A program made the position numbers and the translations under genes. Positions 13,091-23,524 of a DNA stretch of 64,000 nucleotides are shown piece by piece (positions within the stretch are counted from its first letter, which is position 1; every line of letters starts with the position of its first letter). The DNA is from Tubulanus polymorphus (taxonomy: Eukaryota > Animalia > Nemertea): positions 21,536,210 to 21,600,209 of the forward strand of contig NC_134030.1 of the NCBI RefSeq assembly GCF_964204645.1. The letters are read 5' to 3'. Under the pieces are notes generated by a model. That model saw only the letters and a program-made list of their open reading frames with translations, had not been told where the DNA came from and ran no database searches.

Positions 13091-13425
13091 TTTGACGACT
13101 ATTGATCATGTGACCAATTCAATTCAAAACGGCGGGTTTCGCTAAACGCCGTCGGTGGAATTTAGTTATAAAAAACCGGAAACGGCTTAATCTCGTCCAG
13201 CGCCATTACTCGCTCCCCTATGCTTGCTATCAATTGAATACTTCACGTGCGAGTTGACTCTACTGACCCGTGGTCCGCAGTATATATACAAGAAGATCAA
13301 GATCAAGACCGCTTGCCCTTCTCCGATATCTCTCGCGGGGGCAATCTACACGAGACGTAATTTCCTTAAGGCGTCATTTTATCGCGTAGTCAAATTAAAT
13401 TTAATTTTAGGCAAAATACGGTTTT

Positions 13426-13684
13426 CGGCAGAAATCCCACAATGACGAAGCCAAGATTGAAAAATTCTATATCAGAATGATTATATTTGGGGAGCGACGT
13501 TTCGGCTAACACCTGTTAGCCATCATCAGGCGTACTGGAAAGTACTCAGTACGCCTGATGTTAGCCGAAACGTCGCTCCTCAAATATAATCATTCTGATA
13601 TAGAATTTTTCAATCTTGGCTTCGTTATTGTGAGATTTCTCTCGTCAATATCATACACGGATATTGTGTATCTTCTCGTCTTAG
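13426..13684. mobile_element. Palindromic Penelope-like miniature element with TSD TACGGTTTT
   Basis: Inverted arms span 13430-13640. TACGGTTTT occurs at 13417-13425 and 13685-13693. A hammerhead core is present on the minus strand. Confidence 0.7.
13494..13531 (-). ncRNA. Minimal type I hammerhead ribozyme motif
   Basis: Minus strand reads gc-CUGAUGA-u-GGCUAAC(aggu)GUUAGCC-GAAA-C-GUC-gc, with a perfect 7-bp stem II and palindromic ACGU in place of stem III. Confidence 0.6.
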
Positions 13685-14601
13685 TACGGTTTTTATCTTG
13701 TCATAATCAAATTTGATTTGGTCTAAATTTTTGAATTTAACACGGCATCAAATTCACTAATCGATTTGTCAATCAACCCAGGAGGTGATTTGATACGATT
13801 TGAATATGGTGAACTGAAACCCATTCATAGGAAATGATATTTCAAAATGCGGGGCTCGAGTTTGTCCCGTTTGGAAGTCGTCAAATTCATCCTGATGTGC
13901 AAATCTTATTACACGTGACTGGCAAATTATAGGCGAATTTATCTTATCAAATCAGATTTGATTTCCTAATCATAATTTGCTAGTCACGGGGAATCTAATC
14001 AAATAAGATTTGCACATCAGGATGAATTTGACGCCTTGTTCCAAACGGCTGACTAGAAAATACTGTCCCACTTTTTAAAAAATCATTTCCTATGAATGAG
14101 TTTCAGGTTTCTCTTTCCGTTTTGACATTTATATCGGTTTTTCGAAAGAAAGCTGTGAGTCTTCCATCTTCAAATCGTATCAAATCACCCGGCCTCCGGG
14201 GGGTGATTGGATGATTTGACAAATCGATTTGAATTTGATACCGTGTTAAATTAAACAATTAGACCCAATCAAATTTGATTATGACAAGATAAAAACGATT
14301 TTTCTTAAAATCAAACTTGATTTGACAAGATAAATTCGTCTTTAAATTGCAGATTCTCTCTGTACAGATATCACACCGGTCGAACGGCTGCACCCGGAGC
14401 GGTCCTCGGAGTCATGCCAAAGACTGGCGAAGGAGCAGTCCCGACTCACGCAATCGATAATCCCGGCCCGTTTGAGGACAGCAGCAGCAAGAATGGATAA
14501 TAATGGTTTCGCAAAGATCTAATTTTTGTTTAAATTTTGTGAGTTTTTATTTTACTACATCGATTACAAGTGAAATAACGACCGGATTTTCGAATTTGAT
14601 T

Positions 14602-16651
14602 CTACTCTTCGTTAACTATGTCACCAAGATTATCAACTTGATTTTTCAAAGATTCTTTTACTGCGTTAACTTCTTCTTTTAGATGTTTGATTTCTTGCTC
14701 TGGATTCATTTCTGCTCCTTGTTGTTCTTCGAATTTCTCTAATTCCGCTGCTACTCCTTCAACCACTTGTTCTTCCTCCTGAAAACAGTAACAGTAACAG
14801 TAACAGTAACAGTAACAGTAACAGTAACAGTAACAGTAACAGTAACAGTAACAGCAACAGTAACAGTAACAGTAACATTAAGTGATGGACCGCTTTGGCG
14901 ATCTTAACACTGTTTAACGATACACAGTTGTTAGATTTTAAAGTTAATGCACATTTGCCGAGGTATCATTAGCGTCTGTATAGTTTGTAGTTAGTTTTTA
15001 GTTCATAATCTTTCCAATAATCGTCCAGCCGAGCCTTGAACGAATTCACAGATGGTGCTTCCACAACTTCTGTCGGCGGACTGTTCCAGTAATTGATAAT
15101 TCTATTCTCTATATCGGTGTGCTTTAGAAAGTTACGTAATTAAAACAGGTATTAAGAGTATAAAGACCAAACAGACCGAACGACCAAACATTTTGTTTCA
15201 CCCTCAGATTGTTTGTTTACTTAAGAGTCATCATCCAATGACTTCGTGCCACCAGCTATCCCGCTAGATGGCGTGCGTAATGTTAGTTTTTAACTGAAAC
15301 TGAAACTGAATTTAACTTTAATTGAAATTTATTTTTGTAACGGGGCCACACGGAGAGACTGAAACAGTCTATCTAAGTCGTTATCACCCAGAAGCATCCA
15401 CACCACATTCATCGCACTCACACATCATGCACACAAGTAATTAACAGGCGAAAAGAAACAACAACAAAAAATGTTTCACATATTACACATTAACATAGGT
15501 TTGTATAGAATGGAAATTTACAAAGTGTTGAATAATGATTTAATGTAGGTACGCTTAAAGGCAGGTTCGCTTTGAATAGTTCGAATTGATTCTGATAGAG
15601 TATTCCATAATAGGGGACCGAATATTTTGACAGAAGATTTTCTAGTTACAGTTCTAAGATAAGGCAATCTTAATTTACATCTATTACGCGTAGGTTTATT
15701 ATGAATTTGATAATTGAAGTTCCAATAGTTGTTAAAGGTCCTAGGCAATTTTGAATTGACGAATTTATGCAAAAAATAGCTAGTTGCAGTTTGTTAATAT
15801 TCTTAATTCTTAGTATATTCCTATAAAATATACGAGGCAAAATGTGTGAATATTTTCCCAGGGGTGGATTTAGGAGGTAGTCTCGGGGTCCGGACCCGGT
15901 TGCCTTCCCACTGCGGTTACCCTTTATTCTACAAGACAAAGATTAGCGTTAAAACCTACAAATTTCACATGTCGTCCCATCAGAATTTGCATATTTTAGA
16001 ACGTGTTCCTTCAGAAATATCCAATACCGAGGGCGGTACCCTGATCGCGGCCTTTGACATGGCCGCTTATCGGAAAAATGGCATTTCTTGTCTTCTGGAT
16101 TCCCAGCTTTCAATCTCCCTAGATTCACCCCTGTTTCCACTTTATGCCCCTATGGCCTACAAAAGGTGCCCTTTTCCCGTGCACCCCCCCCCCCCCACCC
16201 CGATTCAGACACTAGATTACTTACCGGGACCGTCTGTTCAACCTCTTTCCTGTTTGCTTGTTTTTTGCCCTTTTTGTCATTTGCCTTTCCTCCTTTTTTC
16301 TTTCCTTTCTTTGCCTCGACGTTCATGAAAACATCCAAACACACCAATACAACAACAAATACGGCAAATAATTTCAATCTGAAAGAAATCGTAGAAAAAA
16401 AGAAGAATTGTATATTTTCCACTCGCAAGGTTTTCAGTCTGACCCGAGACAGAACTGACATTTCTGTCATCAAGAAAATCGCGACAACAGCTAAACCGCG
16501 TTGTCTTGAAAGAACATTCGCTATTGGCTACTGCTCAGTTTACTAACCAGTTGCCACGACTTACTTTTTAACGAGTACAAATTGAGGAATTTACAATCTT
16601 GAATCTAAGATTTGAGATCGCAGAATGTCGGAACGAAACTTACCCGTTCAT
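14602..16651 (-). CDS. Novel small secreted protein, paralogue 1 (112 aa: signal peptide, Lys-rich block, acidic block, predicted coiled-coil C-terminus)
   Basis: Exons 16651-16644 (ATGAACGG|gtaagt), 16378-16225 (ttcag|...CCG|gtaagt) and 14778-14602 (tttcag|GAG...TAG) splice in frame: MNGLKLFAVFVVVLVCLDVFMNVEA-KKGKKKGGKANDKKGKKQANRKEVEQTVP-EEEQVVEGVAAELEKFEEQQGAEMNPEQEIKHLKEEVNAVKESLKNQVDNLGDIVNEE. TATA box at 16758-16765 and AATAAA at 14547-14552. Confidence 0.8.
14785..15110 (-). mobile_element. CR1-type LINE 3' fragment with (TTACTG)n tail
   Basis: Minus strand translates NRIINYWNSPPTEVVEAPSVNSFKARLDDYW, typical of the CR1 ORF2 C-terminus. A 3' UTR and ~15 TTACTG units (14785-14877) follow. 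Confidence 0.8.
15295..15850 (-). mobile_element. LINE (CR1/L2 group) ORF2 C-terminal fragment and 3' UTR, frameshifted
   Basis: LRIKNINKLQLAIF / HKFVNSKLP..F..YW..N..IH...TR....L.LP..RT......GP.LWNTL...IR.....FK is the usual end of RT-LINE ORF2. A short TTCAGT tail follows. Confidence 0.75.
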
Positions 16652-16724
16652 TTTGACAAATAGATTTCTGCGAACTGCTGCGAGTCTTGAAAGTCTTGGA
16701 AGTCTTGTGTCGAGTCTCTGTTTG

Positions 16725-16783
16725 GAGATTGATGATCTTTCCTACAAATCAGATCAGTTTTTATACCGAAATCCTCCAATCAG
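16725..16783 (-). promoter_or_regulatory. Core promoter of secreted-protein paralogue 1 (mirror copy)
   Basis: Reverse-complement copy of 19671-19730, with the TATA box at 16758-16765. Confidence 0.6.
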
Positions 16784-16929
16784 TGGCCCACCATCTGCAG
16801 AGAGACACGCAGACAGTAACCCCCGTGTGACAGAGTTCAAATACATCACAAATACATCACGTTCACACGTTCATAACAAAAATCCACTTATTGATAGAAT
16901 AAGCCATAAGTTTCTGAAATAATGCTGAC

Positions 16930-18000
16930 AAAATGTCTAATGTCTTGAACAAACGTGAAGCGTAGACGATCAGTTTTTGAAAGTGCGCTGATAAAATGTC
17001 TAATGTCTGGTGTTTGTAGTTCATTTTCAATTGAAAATGTCTCGGGTGAAGCACTGAACACATGTGAAGTGTGGACGATCAGTTTTTGAAAGTGTGCTGA
17101 TAAAATGTCTAATGTCTGGTGTTTGTAGTTCATTTTCAATTAAAAATGTCTCGGGTGAAGCACTGAACACATGTGAAGTGTGGACGATCAGTTTTTGAGA
17201 GTGTGCTGATAAAATGTCTAATGTCTGGTGTTTGTAGTTCATTTTCAATTAAAAATGTCTCAGGTGAAGCACTGAACACATGTGAAGTGTGGACGATCAG
17301 TTTTTGAAAGTGCGCTGATAAAATGTCTAATGTCTGGTGTTTGTAGTTCATTTTCAATTAGAAATGTCTCAAGTGAAGCACTGAACACATGTGAAGTGTT
17401 GACGATCAGTTTTTGAAAGTGTGCTGGTAAAATGTCTAATGTCTGGTGTTTGTAGTTCATTTTCAATTAGAAATGTCTCAAGTGAAGCACTGAACACATG
17501 TGAAGTGTTGACGATCAGTTTTTGAAAGTGTGCTGGTAAAATGTCTAATGTCTGGTGTTTGTAGTTCATGTCCAATTAAAAATGTCTCAAGTGAAGCACT
17601 GAACACATGTGAAGTGTTGACGATCAGTTTTTGAAAGTGTGCTGATAAAATGTCTAATGTCTGGTGTTTGTAGTTCATTTTCAATTAAAAATGTCTCAGG
17701 TGAAGCACTGAACACATGTGAAGTGTGGACGATCAGTTTTTGAAAGTGTGCTGATAAAATGTCTAATGTCTGGTGTTTGTAGTTCATTTTCAATTCATTC
17801 AAATATACACAATTTTCCACATTTTTATCAGGCAATAACATGGGTGAGGAGGCCGCTTGGAGATTCTTTTTTAAAGGGTACGACCGGTATTCGAAATGGC
17901 TTCACTCAAAATGTCGCCAGGGTAGGCTAATTCTGTCAGTTGTCTCAATGCATGTAGATTTGCAAGGTCGTCTTTCAAAAACAGAGAATCACAAATCCTA
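16930..18000 (-). repeat. 109-bp tandem array (~8 copies) plus its conserved ~200-bp 5' flank
   Basis: Unit TTGAAAATGAACTACAAACACCAGACATTAGACATTTTATCAGC...GAGACATTTTTAA. The flank 17790-17998 matches 49415-49615 in reverse. Confidence 0.93.
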
Positions 18001-18494
18001 AGAGCACGAAATGTACTATGAGCCTAAGTCTTTTGCTACGCTATAAGCCTACATTTTAGTTTACATTTATTCTGGAGACTTCTGCTGTCCTTGAACTGGT
18101 GAAATCATCGATTTCGTGAGTCGGGACTGCTCCGGCATCCTCTGGCTGCGGGGAAGGCTCCTTTGAGTTTAGTTTAGACCTCGTAACACCCCCTCCCGCC
18201 CCAGTCATAGTAACGAAATAAAATGTCAAACAGCAATGAATTCGATATTTGAAAAGCGAATATGAATCCTCTGACAAGTGGCTCGCGTTTACCAGCTGTC
18301 CGCCCGTTCGGTCCAACGACTGGTGATTTTCCACCGATTTCATTTCTAACTTATGAACTGTCAACACAATCGCCAGATGTAAAAGTCAAATCAATAGTAC
18401 ATTTTAACCACGGTTCATTGAATTCCATCTTGTAGGATGATGGTAATTCTTACTTTTTAATGAGTACTCTTTTTTACTATTTTATTACCATTTA

Positions 18495-19530
18495 ATCAAA
18501 ACTGATCGTCCACACTTCACATGTGTTTAGAACTTCACCTGAGACATTTTTAATTGAAAATGAACTACAAACACCAGACATTAGACATTTTATCAGCACA
18601 CTCTCAAAAACTGATCGTACACACTTCACATGTGATCAGTGCTTCACCTAAGACATTTCTAATTGAAAATGAACTACAAACACCAGACATTAGACATTTT
18701 ATCAGCACACTCTCAAAAACTGATCGTCCACATTTCACATGTGTTCAGTGCTTCACCTGAGACATTTTTAATTGAAAATGAACTACAAACACCAGATATT
18801 AGACATTTTATCAGCACACTTTCAAAAACTGATCGTCCACACTTCACATGTGTTCAGTGCTTCACCTGAGACATTTTTAATTGAAAATGAACTACAAACA
18901 CCAGATATTAGACATTTTATCAGCACACTCTCAAAAACTGATCGTCCACACTTCACATGTGTTCAGTGCTTCACTTGAGACATTTTTAATTGGAAATGAA
19001 CTACAAACACCAGACATTAGACATTTTATCAGCACACTTTCAAAAACTGATCGTCCACACTTCACATGTGTTCAGTGCTTCACTTGAGACATTTTTAATT
19101 GAAAATGAACTACAAACACCAGACATTAGACATTTTATCAGCACACTTTCAAAAACTGATCGTCCACACTTCACATGTGTTCAGTGCTTCACCTGAGACA
19201 TTTTTAATTGAAAATGAAATACAAACACCAGACATTAGACATTTTATCAGCACACTTTCAAAAACTGATCGTCCACACTTCACATGTGTTCAGTGCTTCA
19301 CTTGAGACATTTTTAATTGAAAATGAAATACAAACACCAGACATTAGACATTTTATCAGCACACTTTCAAAAACTGATCGTCCACACTTCACATGTGTTC
19401 AGCGCTTCACTTGAGACATTTTTAATTGGAAATGAACTACAAACACCAGATATTAGACATTTTATCAGCACACTTTCAAAAACTGATCGTCTACGCTTCA
19501 CGTGTGTTCAAGACATTAGACATTTTGTCA
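18495..19530 (+). repeat. 109-bp tandem array (~9 copies)
   Basis: ORF starts step by exactly 109 nt (18554, 18663, ... 19317). Confidence 0.95.
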
Positions 19531-19670
19531 GCATTATTTCAGAAACTTATGGCTTATTCTATCAATAATTGGATTTTTGTTATGAACGTGTGAACGAGTT
19601 AATTGTGATGTATTTGAACTCTGTCACGCAGGGGTTACTGTCTGCGTGTCTCTCTGCAGATGGTGGGCCA

Positions 19671-19730
19671 CTGATTGGAGGATTTCGGTATAAAAACTGA
19701 TCTGATTTGTAGGAAAGATCATCAATCTCC
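19671..19730 (+). promoter_or_regulatory. Core promoter of secreted-protein paralogue 2 (inverted CCAAT box, TATA box, Inr-like site)
   Basis: ATTGG at 19674-19678, TATAAAAA at 19689-19696 and TCAATC about 30 nt downstream. The ATG lies about 80 nt further on. Confidence 0.6.
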
Positions 19731-19802
19731 AAACAGAGACTCGACACAAGACTTCCAAGACTTTCAAGACTCGCAGCAGTTCGCAGAAATCTATTTATCA
19801 AA

Positions 19803-21775
19803 ATGAACGGGTAAGTTTCGTTCCGACATTCTGCGATCTCAAATCTTAGATTCAAGATTGTAAATTCCTCAATTTGTACTCGTTAAAAAGTAAGTCGTGG
19901 CAACTGGTAAGTAAACTGAGCAGTAGCCAATAGCGAATGTTCTTTCAAGACAACGCGGTTTAGCTGCTGTCGCGATTTTCTTGATGACAGAAATGTCAGT
20001 TCTGTCTCGGGTCAGACTGAAAACCTTGCGAGTGGAAAATATACAATTCTTCTTTTTTTCTACGATTTCTTTCAGATTGAAATTATTTGCCGTATTTGTT
20101 GTTGTATTGGTGTGTTTGGATGTTTTCATGAACGTCGAGGCAAAGAAAGGAAAGAAAAAAGGAGGAAAGGCAAATGACAAAAAGGGCAAAAAACAAGCAA
20201 ACAGGAAAGAGGTTGACCAGACGGTCCCGGTAAGTAATCTAGTGTCTGAATCGGGGTGGGGGGGGGGGGGTGCACGGAAAAAGGCTCTTGTTGGTCATTA
20301 AAGGGCGCCATAAAGTGGGGCAACAAACTCTGGGGGCTCTCCCGAGAAAATTTTGGATTTTTAATGCGATTTTATTGCATTTTGAGCACTTCTCCGAGCA
20401 TTTAACTTTAATCTGCAAACAAAAATGGAAAGGATAACATGAAAAAAGGATTAAGGAATCTTTAGGGCACCCCCTGCACCCCCTTGAATCCGCCCTTGAA
20501 CCTGAAGGCTTGATCTGAAAACAGTCTTACAGTCGCGAGATTTTAGCTAAACTTTAAACCCAGTTCCACATGAGTGGGTCTTATTTGACTGTAGATCCAG
20601 TTCCACATTTGTGAGGGTTTAATTTGACTGTTGATCCAGTTCTACATTTGGGCGGGTTTAATTTGACTCTGAACCAAGTTCCACATGAGTGGGCCTTATT
20701 TGACTGTGGATCCAGTTCCACATTTGTGAGGGTTTAATTTGACTGTTGACCAGTTCCACATTTGGGCGGGTTTAATTTGACTCTGAACCAAGTTCCACAT
20801 GAGTGGGCCTTATTTGACTGTGGATCCAGTTCCACATTTGTGAGGGTTTAATTTGACTGACGACCAGTTCCACATTTGGGCGGGTTTAATTTGACGCTAA
20901 ACCGAGTTCCACATGAGTGGGTCTTATTTGACTGTGGATCCAGTTCCACATTTGTGAGGGTTTAATTTGACTGTTGATCCAGTTCCACATTTGGGCGGGT
21001 TTAATTTGACTCTAAACCCAATTCCACACGAGTGGGTCTTATTTGACTGTGAATCCAGTTCCACATCTGTGAGGGTTTAAATTGACTGTTGATCCAGTTC
21101 CACATTTGGGCGGGTTTAATTTGACACTGAACCCCGTTTTGAATAGTATGGGTTAAACTTGAGTCTGGATCCAGTTCCACAGTTAGGTTGGTTGATTCCA
21201 CTCTGAAACCAGTTTTACAGTTGTGTGGGTTTAATTTTAATGTGTGGGTTTAATTTGTGGAATTTACGAGAAAGTAAAATGTCAAGTCTATAAAAGGACT
21301 TGTTCGGACGTTGCGCTTTTTCAAAGCGGTAATCGCCGAGTTCTGTAGAAAAATGAAGGTCCCCAACTGGACCGGTTTAGGCGGATTAATCTACTGTAAT
21401 ACACGTCAAAAAATTATACGATAAAAATGGAAAATATTCATTTTCATTTTGTATCGTCCATAGGAGATAGAACCAGAAGTGGTCGAGGAAGAACCAGCAG
21501 TGGTCGAGGAAGAACCAGCAGTGGTCGAGGAAGAACCAGCAGTGGTCGACGAAGAACCAGAAGTGGTCGAGGAAGAACCAGCAGTGGTCGACGGAGAACC
21601 AGCAATGGTCGAGGAAGAACCAGCAATGGTCGACGATGCACCAGGATCAGAACCAGAATTAGAAGAAGGATCAGAAATCGTCGAAGATGAGTCGGATGTC
21701 GTTCAACTAGAAGACGTTAAAGGCGCTTTGGAAGAGCAAGTTGAAAATCTTGATGGTATAATCAACAAACATTAA
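19803..21775 (+). CDS. Novel small secreted protein, paralogue 2 (157 aa: signal peptide, Lys-rich block, (VVEEEPA)n acidic repeat, predicted coiled-coil C-terminus)
   Basis: Exons 19803-19810, 20076-20229 and 21464-21775 splice in frame. The first 54 aa match paralogue 1 except one E/D change. They are followed by EIEPE, about 7 VVEEEPA-type units, and ...LEDVKGALEEQVENLDGIINKH*. TATAAAAA at 19689-19696 and AATAAA at 21824-21829. Confidence 0.82.
20559..21190 (+). repeat. Minisatellite of ~38-bp monomers arranged as a three-monomer (~114 bp) higher-order repeat
   Basis: CCAGTTCCACAT is followed cyclically by GAGTGGG-, TTGTGAGGG- and TTGGGCGGG- variants. Confidence 0.85.
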
Positions 21776-22926
21776 ATCAAATCGAATATGCGGTCGTTTT
21801 TTCATTTGTAATCGATGAAGTGAAATAAAACTGAAAACGAATAAAAAACCAAAATCTAGATCTATTTTTGTGAAATCATTACTTGATTTATTCTGGAGAC
21901 TTCTGCTGCTGCTCCGGCATCCTCCGGCTGCGGGGAAGGCTCCTTTGAGTTTCGAATTCAGTCACAGGGAGAAAAAAAAACAAATAAACAGCAAATTCAA
22001 ATTTACAATTTTTCAACAAGCGCAATATAAAAAGTGGCAGAGAAAGAAAAGCTTCCGTATCGACCGAACAACTTGAGGCTGCTGTCGCAATGAGGCAAAA
22101 GATCCGCCGGCGAAGGAAACCGGGAAGGAACCTAGGGAATGAAATGAGAATTCAAAAAATATCGTAAATTTAAGTGGAGTATACTTAAGTTATTTAGCCA
22201 AGTTCAGAAGAATGAGGAAATATAACAATTAGGGTTGATTTTTCATTGATGGATAGTACTAACCGGGCGGAGGGTAAGCCCGGGTCACGTGAGCCTGTCA
22301 GTCTCGATAAGAAAAGGTGAGTTTTTGCCAGATGAACGTTTTGAGGTGAATTTTGATGCGGGTTGGGCGGTACTTGTATTGAAAATAAAGAATATGCGTC
22401 TTCTAATTAGAATGTTTTTTAATGTTGGCGAATCGAGACCGGCCTCGGGTTCGGCGAGCCGACCGCATGAAGTGTCCGGTTCGCAGCCATTCCACAAACC
22501 GGACCGTTGGTCCGACCCTTGGTCCGAATATTCAGCCTCAGACAGGCTAAATAGGAAAAGGCAAAATAAAATGATAGAAATTAAAACACATTTACAATAA
22601 ACTTTTTGCTTTATACATTAGTTGCATATTACTTTGCGTTCGACTTTAGATCCGTTAGGCTCGTACACCGGACCAACAGTCCGCGTCTATGTCCGCACTG
22701 ATCTGTGTTTCTGCCGTTCGTCGTTCGAAGTTTTGCAGAGAAATATAGATAGCTTTTTTGTCGACGGATTAACAAAATAAAGGAATATGTGTCGAAAGTG
22801 AATGTAAAGCGCGTATGCAATGGAGACGCACATTTGATTTCGGAAGCTCCCTTATATATTTACACTGATTTGGAGGAGCAGATTCCTAGCGAGGTGAGGC
22901 TCCAGCAGCAGCAGCAGCGGGGTACG

Positions 22927-23350
22927 GGTGGTCTACCGAGATGATGTATTTTACCGAGATCAACCGAGATGAAATTAAATATAACATATTTATTTATTCC
23001 TTATCGATTTTAACACTTGTAATCATGTTATATCAGTAATGAATACCTTCTTGAGTCATATTTTACATATTTTTTTATTTTAAAAAATTTTGACTTCAAA
23101 AACGTAAACTCGGTTAGCAATAAAATTTCATTGAATTTGATTGATCGACGATCTCATCTCGGTAAAGTTAAAAGTTATTTTTCCAAAAATATCCGACTAA
23201 ATATGTAAAATATGAACCCAGCAGGCATTTATTACTGATATAATATGATTTCAATTGTAAAAATCGATATGGAATAAATAAATATGTTATATTTAATTTC
23301 ATCTCGGTTCATCTCGGTAAAATACGTCATCTCGGTAATAAGGATGACCG
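22927..23350. mobile_element. Long-TIR non-autonomous element upstream of TMEM169
   Basis: 22936-23071 mirrors 23200-23338, with GGGGTA on both flanks. Confidence 0.75.
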
Positions 23351-23524
23351 GGGTAGGGGTGGTGTGGTTCAGTCAACCGACCCAACCCCGATGAGTACCC
23401 AACTTCTCACAGGAGGGAAGGGTATAGCAGGCAAATAATTTTATGCGCTAATAAATAATCCGATTTAAATATTTTTTTTGTTCTTTTTCAATCCGATGAT
23501 GCCAGAGAAAGAGATAAGAGGGAG

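Larger units (their letters stand above)
13366..14345. mobile_element. Long-TIR palindromic element bounded by TTAA (Kolobok-like), interrupted by a Penelope-like insert
   Basis: 13690-13910 mirrors 14000-14297. Termini read TTAAGGCG...CGTCTTTAA. Confidence 0.7.
16137..20320. repeat. Large inverted repeat (palindrome): arms ~16137-17790 and ~18495-20320, spacer ~700 bp
   Basis: 16180-16960 is the reverse complement of 19490-20280 with only a handful of differences. The inner part of each arm is the same 109-bp array in opposite orientation. Confidence 0.95.

Noticed and set aside
13220-13360. ATG CTT GCT ATC AAT TGA... read as a selenoprotein exon spliced to 14368
   Set aside because: The in-frame TGA is not in a redox motif, the donor (AC|GTAATT) is weak, no SECIS was recognised and nearly all of the intervening DNA is a transposon.
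16863-19568. Many 68-84 aa ORFs (MKMNYKHQTLDILSAH...)
   Set aside because: They are translations of the 109-bp tandem repeat, stepping by one unit each. There is no sign of a real gene.
21427-21690. Arg/Ser/Gly-rich ORF (plus) and Pro/Leu-rich ORF (minus)
   Set aside because: Alternative frames of the 21-nt repeat. Only the Glu-rich frame fits the phase-0 splice and shows homology to the paralogue.
22050-22900. Exon-like GC-richer patches upstream of TMEM169
   Set aside because: Several splice-like sites exist on both strands but no consistent coding chain. They may be UTR or lncRNA exons and cannot be called.
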